Shown: positions 52,030 through 64,000 of the stretch, in pieces | Position numbering within the stretch: position 1 is the stretch's first letter | Layout: each line of letters opens with the position of its first letter | From: Octopus sinensis | Lineage: Eukaryota | Assembly: GCF_006345805.1 (NCBI RefSeq) | Contig: NC_043003.1 | Span: 83,948,001 to 84,012,000 of the forward strand | Direction of reading: 5' to 3' | DNA length: 64,000 nt | The notes under the pieces: generated by a model | Databases searched by the model: none | Seen by the model: only the letters and a program-made list of their open reading frames with translations | Told to the model about the DNA's origin: nothing | Position numbers and translations under genes: made by a program

Positions 52030-52455
52030 TGTTGTTGGTGTGCTTGTTGTGGAAGTGTGTGCTTGTTGTGGACGAGTGTGCACTTGTTGTGGACGTGTGC
52101 GCTTGCTGTGGATGTGTGCGCTTGCTGTGGACGTGTGCGCTTGCTGTGGACGTGTGCGCTTGCTGTGGACGTGTGCGCTTGCTGTGGACGTGTGCGCTTG
52201 CTGTGGACGTGTGCGCTTGTTGTGGACGTGTGCGCTTGTTGTGGACGTGTGCGCTTGTTGTGGACGTGTGCGCTTGTTGTGGACGTGTGCGCTTGTTGTG
52301 GACGTGTGCGCTTGTTGTGGACGTGTGCGCTTGTTGTGGACGTGTGCGCTTGTTGTGGACGTGTGCGCTTGTTGTGGACGTGTGCGCTTGTTGTGGACGT
52401 GTGCGCTTGTTGTGGACGTGTGCGCTTGTTGTGGGTGGGTGTGTGTGCTTGTTGT
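52030..52455. repeat. 19-bp minisatellite CTTG(C/T)TGTGGACGTGTGCG within a GT-rich tract (about 51900-52580)
   Basis: Period 19; C-variant units first, T-variant units after. Confidence 0.95.
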
Positions 52456-53369
52456 GGGTGTGGATGTGCTTGGTGTGGGTGTGGATGTGCTTGGTGTGGG
52501 TGTGTATGTGTTTGGTGTAGGTGTGTGTTTGGTGTGGGTGTGGATGTGTTTGGTGTGGGTGTGTTTGCTGTGTGTGTTCTTGTCTTGACATTGTAGGTTA
52601 GTCTGAGTGTCACTGTCATACAAGCTATGTCAATCATTTCCAGTATTCTGTAAAATCATGTCTGGCCACGAGAAGTATAACCGTGCTTGGAGACAGATAT
52701 GTGTTGACAACAAAAGCTGCATCCAACCATAGAAAATCTACCTCAATAAACTCCAACCGACCCATGCAGGGATGAAAAAGTGGATATTAAAATAATGATA
52801 ATTATATCTCATAGGTCCAGCTAGACATCAAACAACCAACCCATCACTGCTACCATCTATTCACTTCCAGCTATCACCATTATGATGAAAAGTAGAACAG
52901 GGGAGAATGTTGAAATGCTAGAGTGAAGTCTTGTAAAAGTATGTTGTGTACAAGAGATAAGATAGAAGGAAGCCCGCCCAGTCAGGTTCCTTATGGGCAA
53001 GAAACATAACCGCACATTCTTCAGGGGTTGGGGTTACATTACTGGAATAGGCACATTTTTGACAGAGAAATGAATACCTTATTTTCTGATATAGAAGAAT
53101 ATACAGCCAGAAAAATGGTAGGTTGACTTATACACCAAGGCAACTTTAGGGAACCAAATGTTCCATGTAAAATGTAGCAGGATTAGAAAAGATAGTGATG
53201 ACGTGTTCATGTTTACATTGTATACTATGCTGACTTGTATGACAGGAAATATGATAAACTAATTGAAGTAGTGAGAATATGTAACAACAATTGAGCTTAA
53301 ACAAAGAACAGTTGGGGAAAAGGAGATAGTATCACAACAGGTAATAAAGGAATTCTTTCTCTAAATAGA

Positions 53370-53740
53370 AAGTAGACTGTATGAACTAAAATGATACATG
53401 GTTATGGGTATTAAATGGAGAGAATGAAAAAAGCTGGAGAGAAATGAAACAAGCATACTCCACTGGTTATATAATGTTTGTGAATCTGAGCACTGGAGTA
53501 CAAGTGAATGACAGAAAACAAAAGGCAAAGTAACTAGGTGTAAGAGCTGTAGTGTCCAAGATGGCATTGGCGTAGGCATGTGATGTATATGAAGGATAAT
53601 AGTTGGGTTAAGTGATGTCAAATGATCCAAGTGCTTTGGATCCAAGAAGCTATGGAAAAAGAAAGTCCAAGAAAGGGATGGAAAAAAGTGGTGAAGGTTG
53701 ACCACAGAATGCTGAATCTCATGAAGATGATAAAAAGTGA
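53370..53740 (+). mobile_element. Fragment of the same RTE-type LINE (ORF2 C-terminus)
   Basis: Similar to 33740-34020 (KLERNE..., ...PRKGW.KVV). Confidence 0.55.
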
Positions 53741-54339
53741 GTGCAAGAATTGGTAAGTTACTATACATACATACATACACAAATAATATATATTATGTAT
53801 TACAGGTATGTTATGTAAAGAGAGAGAAAGGGAAGGTGAGGAGAGTTAGTGGTACTAGTGCACCAACATGGATACTAGAATTAGAAGAAATAACAGCTAA
53901 ATTTCTACCAAATTTATTCTACCAAATGTATCCTGCTACATTTAAAAACGAAAGTACACACTGCAAAAAGTAACTACAGATAGACTGTTTGAATATAAAA
54001 GATGATCATGGTTCAAATGCTTTTGATTGTAAGTCAGCTGGATTGAGGTTAACCTGGGGTTAAACAATAGTTTGGAAAACCTTTACATGATCATTTCACT
54101 TATTGAAAAGAGTCTTCAAATTTCTTTCAAATCACATACCATTTTGAAAAAGGAAGGACACATTACAAAGATATACTTTGACACACATTGCTCACATTTT
54201 TCCTTAGACATTGACTTGAAGATGCTTAGACTTGGCATTGACTACAATAATCTCACTAGTCTCACAGGGGTAGAGAGAGAAACAGAAACAGGACTGCAAA
54301 GGTCATGGGTACTGCTTCGCCTCTGTTGACTAACATGTA

Positions 54340-55200
54340 AAAGAAAAGGTCAACTTTGACAGAGCTACTTAATTTTATTATTATTATTGTTATTATTAAT
54401 ATTATTATTATTATTATTATTACCAGTCAAGTACTGGGGTTAATCTAATTGACTATATCCCCTTCTCTCAAAATTGTTGGCCTTGTGCCTAAATTAGATT
54501 ATTGTTATTATTATTATTATTATTTATGCAGTGAGCTGGCAGAATTGTTAGCATGCCAGGGGCGGGGGATGCTAAGTGGTATTTCATCAATCTTCATATT
54601 CTGAGTTCAAATTTCACCAAGATTGACTTTGCCTTTTATCTTTTCGTGGTCGATAGAATATGTATCAATTAATTACTGGGGATTGATGTTATCAAATTAC
54701 TCCCACCACTAAAATTGTTGGCCTAGTGCCGAAATTTGAAACCATTATTATTATTAAGAGGTGTCAAGCTGGCAGAATTGTTAGCATGCCAGGCGAAATG
54801 CCTAGTGGCATTTCATCTGCTGCTATGTTCTGAGTTCAAATTTCGCCAAAGTCGACTTTGCCTTTCATTCTTTTGGGATCGATAAATCAAGTACTAGTTG
54901 AGTACTAGGGAAGATGTGATCGACTGTTCCCCTCCCCACACAATTCAGACCTTGTGCCTATAGTAGAAAGGATTTAAAAAGGTGGCCAGCTGGCAGAATC
55001 ATTAGCGTGCAGGGTGAAATGCTTAACAGTATTTCATCCACCTTGACATTCTGAGTTCAAATTCCACTGAGGTTGACTGCCTTTCATCCTTTTGGGGTTG
55101 ATAAATTAAGAACCAGTGAAACACTGGGGTTGATGTAATCGACTATCTCCCTCCCCTAAAATTTCAGGCCTTGTGCCAATAGTAGAAAAGATTATTATTA
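54340..55200 (+). mobile_element. Head-to-tail array of about 4 family A SINE copies or fragments separated by (TAT)n
   Basis: GCTGGCAGAA heads at about 54535, 54768 and 54989, each followed by the core and GGCCTTGTGCC-type tails. Confidence 0.8.
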
Positions 55201-55319
55201 TTATTATGGCATCAAACTGGTGAAATTGTCAATATGTTGGACAAAAGGCTTTGTATCTTTTCTTCCAGCTCTTTATGCTCGGAGTTCAAATTCCACAAAG
55301 TTCAATAAAATAAAGTCTC

Positions 55320-55479
55320 ATAGGCACAGGAATGGCTGTGTGGTAAGTAGCTTGCTTACCAACCACATGGTTCCAGGTTCAGTCCCACTGCGTGGCACCT
55401 TGTCTTCTACTATAGCCTCAGGCCGACCAAAACCTTGTGAGTGGGTTTGGTAGACAGAAACTGAAAGAAACCCGTTGTA

Positions 55480-55522
<43 letters not shown>

Positions 55523-55529
55523 TATATAT

Positions 55530-55568
<39 letters not shown>

Positions 55569-55775
55569 ATGTGTGTGTGTGTGTGTGTGTTTCTGTGTTT
55601 GTCCCCCCCCAATATCGCTTGAAAACCGATGCTGGTGTATTTATGTCCCAGTAACTTAGTGGTTCAGCAAAATAGACTGATAGAATAGGTACTAGGCTTA
55701 CAAAGAATAAGTCCTGGGGTCGATTTGCTCGACTAAAGGTGGTGCTCCAGCATGGCCACAGTCAAAATGATTGAA
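55320..55775 (+). mobile_element. SINE family B copy (others at about 48340-48710, 57372-57740 and 63555-63915 on +; 8700-8880, 48720-48880, 56960-57120, 59700-59910 and 60080-60240 on -)
   Basis: Shared head, body and tail motifs with 6443-6850. Confidence 0.8.
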
Positions 55776-58396
55776 AAGAGTTGTTGTGATTGACTCGCCC
55801 CCTCCCTCAAAATATCAGGCCTTGTGTTTATTTTAGAAAGGATTATTATTGTTAGTAGTAGCAGCAGCAATAGTAAACTGTAACTCCATACACATGAAGT
55901 TTTAGTTCCATTTTTCAATGCTCTGAACTTAAATTCTGCTGAGATTGACTGTTTCAGTTATGGTTATAGAAACAATTGATTTAAGTATCAGTTATTTACT
56001 GGAATATATTGTGACATCTATACATTTCATTATTAGCAGTATAGTAGCAGAAATGCAAGAATAACAGTCTGCAACAATGTCTTACTGTAAATTACCAAAG
56101 TAAGTACTAACGTACTAAAAAAGGTCAGCTTGATAATTTTAATTAATCAAGAAAATGCCAATGCCAAGGAGAAGAGGTAAAGATTGCTGGGAGGCAACTA
56201 GAAATAAAATAATTTTTTTTTTCTTTTGGAGGTTAAATGTGTCAATGCGCCAGTGACTCAAATTTTGAAAATGGGAAACATGGTGAAAATGTAGTGAGAT
56301 GTTTTCTCTGATGTTTTCATTTAAAATCATTTTTAAAGCTAATAAAAAAACTGGGGTTACATTAATTAATTCCAATACTCTTCTTACACCAAAATGAGAA
56401 ATTCTTTTATTCTTTTACTTGCTTCAGTTATTTGACTGTGGCCAAGCTTGGGCATCAGCTTGAAGAGTTTTAGTTGAACAAATCGCCTCAGAACTTGACT
56501 TTTGTTGTTTTTAAGCCTAGTACTTATTCTATTGGTCTTTTTACTGAGGTGTTAAGTTATGGGGATGTAAATACACCAACACCAGTTGTCAAGCAGTGAT
56601 GGTGGGGACAAATAAAGACACACTATATATATATATATATGTATCATCATCATCATTTAACGTCCGCTTTCCATGCTAGCATGGGTTGGACGGTTCAACT
56701 GGGGTCTGGGGAGCCCGAAGGCTGCACCAGGCCAATCAAATCTGGCAGTGTTTCTACAGCTGGATGCCCTTTCTAACGCCAACCACTCCGAGAGTGTAGT
56801 GGGTGATTTTATGTGCCACCGACACAGGTGCCAGACAAGGCTGGCGAACGGCCACGCTCGGATGGTGTTTTTTTTGTATGTATGTATGTATGTATGTATG
56901 TATGTGTGTGTGTGTGTGTTATATATATATATGTGTGTGTGTATATATATACACACACACACACAATACTTCTTTCAGTTTCTGTCCACCAAATCCATTC
57001 ACAAGGCTTTGATCAGCCTGAGATTATAGTAGGAGACATTACCCCAAAGGGCTACCCAGTGGGACTGAACCTGGAACCATGTGGCTGAGAAGCAAACTTC
57101 TCACCACACAACCATGCTTGTACTATTTGGGCAAAAAATTTTCACACTGTCAGACAAAAGGTCTTGTGGTATTTGTTCTAGTGCTAAACATACGGCATTC
57201 AATTCTCACCAAGCTTTCATTCCTCTGGGAAGCATGAAAAGAAAGTGCCAGTCAAGGACTGGAATTGATTTATTAGGCTAACTCTCTGAAAATTCCTGGC
57301 CTCATGTCTACATTAGAAAATTATTATTATGAGTATGGGGTAGGTGGTGAACTAGTAGAAATGTTAGCACATAGGTGCAGGAGTGGCTGTGTGGTAAGTA
57401 GCTTGCTTACCAACCACATGGTTGTGAGTTCAGTCCCACTGCATGGCATCTTGGGCAAGAGTCTTCTACTGTAGCCTCAGGCTAACCAAAGCCTTGTGAG
57501 TGGATTTAGTAGACAGAAACTGAAAGAAACCAGTCGTATATATTTATATATATGTTTATCCATCCCTCATCACTTGACAACTGATGTTGGTGTGTTTATG
57601 TACCTGTAATTTAGCAGTTCAGCAAAAGAGACCAATAAAGTACCAAGTTTACAAAGAATAAGTCCTGGGGGGGCGGGGTCGATGTGTTCAGCTAAAGGTG
57701 GTGCTCTACCATAGTCGCAGTCAAATGACTGAAACGAAAAAAAAAATTTTTTTTAATACCAAACAAAATGCTAAATGGTATTTCATCCATCTTTATGGTG
57801 TGACTTCAAATGCTGCTGAGATTCACTTTGCCTTTTCATCTTTTCAGGGTTCATAAAATGAGTACCAGTTGAGCAAGGGGAAAAGTTTATTTACATTGAC
57901 TAGTAACTCATTTTATCAACTCCAAAAGGATGACAGGATAAGTTGACCTTGGCAAGATTTGAACTCAGAATGTAAAGAGTCGGAAGAAATGCTTCTCGGC
58001 ACACCACTACTATTTACCCTTAAGCAGTCACAGTATTTCTGACTTTCACATTTATAGAACTTAATTTTGATAGCATTATATTCCCTGGGGGTCACAGGAA
58101 CAGATGAGAATGACCCTTGACCTCTCAAATTTCTGGTACGGTTATATTGTTCAGTCTTTCTTAATGAGACAATATGTTGGTTTATAAATATATATTATAT
58201 ATATGTGTATTGGCATACACATCTGGCTTACCAATAGACATAATTGGCTTCCAGGCTAAGTTTTTTTTTTTTTTTTTTTTGTTTAAATAACCACATTAAC
58301 CTATAAATATACAGATGGAAGAGCAAACGGACAGGGAATTGGAATGCACTGGAGACAAGAGCAGAAAGCTTTATGCATTATGTGTGTGTGTGTATG

Positions 58397-58449
<53 letters not shown>

Positions 58450-60539
58450 GAGTGTATGAAATGAAGTGGAAGACGAAGAAAGGAGGAGAGACTGGGTTGA
58501 GAGAGAAAGAGGGAGAGATGGAGAGAGAGATGAGTGCAGAGAAAAGGTAGTAGTAAACAGAATGAAACAGTTAAACTGCAAGATAACTGCTGATATCGGA
58601 ATAGAACTGAGAGTTTACTAGGATCAACCAACATATGGAGAGAGAGAGAGAGAGAGAAGGGAAGAGATGGAGAAAGAGATAGAGGAAGCATTATATAGAA
58701 AGGAGGGAGGGAGAGAGAGATGTGAAGAGAAAGATAGAGAGAACTAAAAAGGGAGATGAAGAGAGATAGAAAGTGATAGAAAGAGCCAGAGAAATAGAGA
58801 GGGATAGACAGAGACATTGAGCACAAGCTGTAATATTAGAACCAGTTTGTTGTCCAGACATTTTTAAAGTCAACCTGTATCAATTATGGAAAGTATTGAA
58901 GTATAATTTTTCAAAAATAAAATAAAAATAGAATATTCAGTAAGTGTCCACATGCATGTATGTGTGTGTGCGTATATATATGTATGTATTTATGCATGTA
59001 TGTGTGTGTGTGTGCATATGTATGTATGTATGGTGTGTATGCAAGTATGTATGGTGTGTATGCATATATGCATGTATGTATACATGTGCATATATGTATG
59101 TGTGCATGCTCATATATGTATGCCTGTATGCCTGCGCATATATGTGTGCATGTACACACATGTATGTGTGCATATATATGCATGTGTGCATGTGTATATA
59201 TGTATGTGTTTGTGCATTTGCATATATGTATGTATTTGTGCATGTGCATATATGTATATATTTGTACATGTGCATATATGTATGTATTTGTACATGTGCA
59301 TATATGTATGTATTTGTACATGTGCATATATGTATGTATTTGTACATGTGCATATATGTATGCATGTATGTGTGTGTGTGTGCATGTGTGAGTATGTGTA
59401 ATAGCATATTTAACTGTTCTAAAAAGTGTGAACTAAGTGCAATGATTATAGAGATTAAATATAGTTAGCATTGTTGTCTGTTTTCAAGTATAAAATTTAT
59501 GTCTGGAAACAGATTTGAAAGAAAATCTCAAAGTAATATATTGGTTATTGAACAGTTCCAAGTTTAATTCACATTAATTCATTTATTTCTATTTACTTTA
59601 TGGAATTATGGAATAGCAAAGTATCTAATTTTGGTATTTCCAGTAATGCGGAATAATTAGAATACGAGGTACTGGAAGTATCATTAGTATTAGAGTATTC
59701 TGTTACTTGTTTCAGACATTTATCTGTGGCCATGCTGGGGCACCACTTTGAAGAATTTTTGTTGAACAAGTTGACCACAGGACTTATTGTTTTTAAGTCT
59801 AGTAATTAGTCTATCAGTCTCGTTTGCTGAACCACTAAGTTGCAGGGATATAAACACACCGAAACCAGTTGTCAAACCGTGGTGGGGGACAAAGTGACAC
59901 AAAGACACACAGATATATACTTAGCAGCCTATCTTCCAGTAACTATCTTGGACTTCTTGTATCTCTTCATTCAGCAATCAAAAGTCCGAAAGAGATGGGT
60001 TCCTGTTTGGGGCCTGTGAAGCTTTACAATGCATGGAACCAAGTCAAACTGTTTTAAATAATATATATATATAGCTACACATGGCAGGTTTCTTTCAGTT
60101 TCCATCTACCAAATCCATCACAAGACTTTAGTCAATCTGAGGCCATGGTAGAAAACTTTCGCCCAAGGTACCACACAGTGGGATTGAACCTGGAACCATG
60201 AGATGGGAAGCAAACTTCTTACCACACAGCCATGCCTATAGACAATTTTTATTAAAGTGATGCTAAAATTGCAAGTGCTGGCATGATAATGTGCTAGCTC
60301 CAATATTTGATCCTCAGAAGAGGAGAGATTGGTAAAAAAGTCAAACTTGTTTTATCTTCAATTCAGTTTCCATGCCTATCCTCACTTTTGGTCATGAATG
60401 AAAGAGTATGACCACAAATACAAGCAATCAAAATGGGGTTCTTTTTTCCAAAGGATCTTTAGAATAATATTACTTGCCAGTGTGTGTAGCTCTGAGATTA
60501 GGGAGTCTTTTTTAGGATGTGCTATTACACCTCTGTATT

Positions 60540-60700
60540 GAAGGGTCACAACTTTGGTATTACAAGTGATAAAAATGTCGCAGGAAAGAATCGCAAGAGG
60601 GATATTTCAAGCAGAGTCAACTGGCAGAGAACTATGAGAAGACCGAAAATGAGATGGTTGGAATAATATACACCAATGATTCCCAACATGGAGTATAGAT
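60540..60700 (+). mobile_element. Probable RTE/BovB-like LINE 3' fragment
   Basis: Remnant RRPKMRWL motif, typical of RTE ORF2 ends; heavily decayed. Confidence 0.35.
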
Positions 60701-60773
60701 ACCACTGCTTGGGCCTGGAAAAATTGTAGTGGGGAAATGGTGCTGTAGTCACCGGGCACAAAGGTCACATTAA

Positions 60774-60991
60774 CCCTTTTGATACCAACCTGGCTGAAAC
60801 CACCTTTGGCTCTGTAGTACAAATGTCTTGTTTTCATAAGTTTTGAATTAAAATCTTCCACCAAACCTTAGTCACAATTTATGTTCCTAACACTAACTTA
60901 ATGATAACTAAGTTACTTTACTAAATTCTTATATTTAGAATTAATTGAAAGAAACACAGAGCATCTCAAAATAAATATGGTAATGAAAGGG
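60774..60991. mobile_element. piggyBac-like MITE (family 2)
   Basis: TTAA|CCCTTT...AAAGGG|TTAA, with an internal sequence different from family 1. Confidence 0.75.
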
Positions 60992-62797
60992 TTAAAGTGA
61001 TTCACTTTTTTTGTACCCAGTACTTTATAAAAGAGTTACAGCTAAATTCTTTTGCATTAATTAATTGTGATAAAATATTAAAAATAAAGTTTTCTTCCAG
61101 CCTCCAGTGGGACATACATTTTTCTAGAAAGTTATTGTGAGGCCTGAGGGAAAATGGGTTGGGAAACACAGATGTAGTCTCATTTGGTCATGCTTGGGAA
61201 TTCAACTGTGCAAAGTCTAATGAGAATGTTTCTGACGAGACCCTATGGAGGAAGTACCTGAGGACTCTACCCCTACAATCCCCCAGGAATAGGGGGCAGA
61301 GAAGATGAATGGATTAGTAAAGTGACATTTAGTATATAGAAAAATGCCCATAATAGTTATGTAGCTAAACCTGAATTAAGCACTAGCGTGACATTTCAGA
61401 TCCAGGATGGAATTTGTACATATTTTAACCTCAGATCGGACATGATTAAGCAGACCCATGTTCAAAAGTGTTTCATTCCAGTTGTTACCATTCCATCTTT
61501 TTAGGAGTACATCAATCTATATTTTCCAGTATGCTCTTTTTTTTTGTTCTTTGTTCTTATATAAGAGAGTAGTCTATGATTTGAGATAATTTAGATGTTA
61601 TTTCTGGTTGGTTAAGTAAACACATAGTAGCTTCCTCACTGGTTTGTGAGATCCTTGATTTGGTTTATATACACCAAAACATACTCAGAGTCAATGATAG
61701 ATCATTTAGCAAGTGCTGCAGACTAGAAGTTGACTCATGGTACACCAAAATGATAGTTCTTTAGTTTATTTAAGCTACTAAAGCCAAAGCCATGCTGAAG
61801 CAGTAACTAGTGCAACATTTAAGAAAAAAATTTTTTATATCAGGAGGTGCACATCAAAGTGCAACATCTAAAACACCTAAATTTAAGTGCAACATTGCAT
61901 ATCTACATCTAATAGCTTATAACAATTTGCACCTGAATATAGCATATGGCAATTTACATGTAGCTGCAGCATATTGCACATCAGCCTCTAACTGCAATAT
62001 ACTGCAAACCTGCATCTGAGTACAAAAAACTGCATACCTGTATGAAAGTGCAGCATATTGCACACCTGCATGTAAGTGTAACACAGTGTACTGTTGGTCA
62101 ATATACAAGGCTGAACTGTTCAGTTGCACAAGAGTTTAAGATTAATAAGCAGAGTAAAAGAAATGGAATTCTTAAGACCAACTTTTAGAAATTAAAAAAA
62201 AAAAAGATGGTTATGATTTAACAACTAGGCAGATTTTAATCCTTTAGCAATCAGATTACTGTTAAAATGTAATGCTTATTTATTCACACCATTTCGAATT
62301 AATCATGCATTATCTTGTAGCTTTGAGATTTTGAGGATGTGACTATTTTTTTAGAAAGACATTGCCGAGTAGGTGTGAAAGGCAGGATCCGGTTGCTTTG
62401 AACATAAAGCAGGTAGAATATTTCGGTCTGATATGGCTGGTTTAAATACTAAAGGATTAAATATATCCAAGCCAGGTGCAGTCTTCTGGCTTGCCAGTTC
62501 CTGTCAAATGGTCTGACTTATGCTGGCATGGAAAACAGACATTAAATGATGATGATTATGATGATTTCTGTGATGGGATTGGAAGAAATTTTTAGAGCTT
62601 AGATATGATCCTTTATGTCCCGAATTCAAATTCTGTTGTTTAGCTTTGCTGTTTGTCCTTCCAAGATCAATAAACTACAATACCAATCAAGCACTGAAGG
62701 GATGGTGGAATCAATATAACCGACTTAACCTTATTCCCTCAAATTGAGACCTTTTGTCTATATTAGAAATAGTTATTATGAAGATAATAGTTTGAAC

Positions 62798-63121
62798 CAA
62801 TGATTCTCAATCAGAGCCCATATGACCCCTGGGTGTCCATGCAAGCAAAAAGTAAACTGCCCCCCCCCCCCCACAGTAGTATATTAAAGCTCCATGGAAA
62901 CATTCTGCTTTAAATGTATTTATTAAATGAAACGGCTAGATTTCTTTCTCGACAGTTTCACCATAGTTCAACCCATAGAAGTTAATGTAAAAAACAAAAT
63001 AAGAATTTTGAAAGAATTATCCATAAAACTATTTTTTAAACACTGAAAGGTTATGGAGACCCACCAGAATAGAATAGTGGTCAAAGGAGATCCATAGATA
63101 AAAAATGGTTGAGAACCATGA
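62798..63121. mobile_element. hAT/Charlie-like MITE copy
   Basis: Ends CAATGATTCTCAA and TTGAGAACCATG; internal similarity to the 26835-28689 element in the opposite orientation. Confidence 0.65.
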
Positions 63122-63144
63122 GTTTAGCCTGTTTAGTGGCTTAA

Positions 63145-63365
63145 CCCTTTAGTGTTCACATTATTCTGCCAGAACTAATGCTTTTTTATACACATCGTTT
63201 TGAACTAATCATGCATTATCTTGTAGCTATGAGATTTTGATGAGGTAGCTGTTAATTTTTAAAACGATATTGTAGGGTTGGTGTGAGAGACCAGATCTGG
63301 CCAGTTTGAACATAAAACAGGCAGAATACTTTTGGCCGGATATGGCCGGTTTAAATGCTAAAGGG
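63145..63365. mobile_element. piggyBac-like MITE (family 1)
   Basis: TTAA TSDs with CCCTT...AAGGG ends. More diverged copies at 62240-62456 and about 37660-37885. Confidence 0.8.
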
Positions 63366-64000
63366 TTAAGGCAGCATGTGTCCGACTGACAAAGTACTAG
63401 CCCCGTCCATCAAACAAAATGTTGGATCCTTTCTGTTCTCTTTATTAATGAATAAAGGAAATAAAATTTGCATCCATATAATTCTTCTGTCTTTGCCATG
63501 GTGTTTGACAAGTTTAAAAATAATTTAAAACCTTTTAATTTTATAAAACATAGTTGCCGGTATAGCTGTGTGGTTAAGAAGCTTGTTTTGCAACAAGGTG
63601 GTTGTGGGTTCAGTCCCACCTCGTGGTACTTTGGGTGAGTGTCTTCTACTACAGCCATGGCTGACCAATGCCTTGTGAGTTAATTTGGTAGATGGAAACT
63701 GTGTGGAAACCTGTTGTGTGTGTGTGTGCCTTCACACCATTGCCTGACAACCAGTGTTGGTTTGTTTACATTCCTGTAAAGCAGTTTGGCAAAAGAAACC
63801 AACAAAATAGGTACCAAACTTAAAAAAAAACCCCAAAAAACAAGTACTAGGTTCAATTTGTTCACGTAAGTCTTTTAGAATTGACGCTGTCCAATGACTG
63901 AAACAAGTAAATAGATGTAAAACATGATACCAATTTGTTCACCTTTCGCAATCTTTATAGCTTCCTCCAAGAGAGGGCTGCCTCCCATGAGATACACTGG

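Noticed and set aside
51800-52637. Six overlapping ORFs of 200-263 aa (His/Thr- or Cys/Val-rich)
   Set aside because: Produced by the 19-bp minisatellite and GT repeats.
56086-56114. 29-nt minus micro-exon (YVSTYFGNL) that would join in frame to 49409
   Set aside because: No family similarity; the equivalent region is part of one long exon in PLP/M6 genes. Probably chance.
58231-58295. Possible M6 first coding exon (ATG TCT ATT G|gtaagc)
   Set aside because: It ends in phase 1 while the 49409 exon needs phase 2, and no TM1 exon lies between them.

Overview
This is eukaryotic, repeat-dense genomic DNA. The SINE families and the AT/CA microsatellite load point to a coleoid cephalopod, most likely Octopus (inference). 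The main gene is a minus-strand proteolipid/M6 (PLP/DM20/GPM6 family) tetraspan membrane protein. Five coding exons were recovered by hand: 49250-49409, 38611-38746, 36549-36598, 30743-30808 and 25892-26020. They join in frame through canonical GT-AG sites; the TM1 exon was not found and probably lies beyond 64 kb. A full-length 7SL/SRP RNA lies at 5945-6243 (-). A 28S rRNA fragment with flanking direct repeats sits in an M6 intron. The rest is mobile DNA: two decayed mariners, an RTE-type LINE, a HERO-like RLE retroelement, hAT and piggyBac-like MITEs, three SINE-like families and mini/microsatellites. Almost all ORFs in the supplied track are repeat artefacts. The best second-look items are: two minimal hammerhead-ribozyme motifs in Penelope-like fold-back elements (one behind a tRNA-like head, one whose stem I competes with a 36-bp inverted arm); a possible 7SL-SINE chimera; a near-perfect 220-bp intronic fold-back; and coordinated loss of one disulfide pair in M6.
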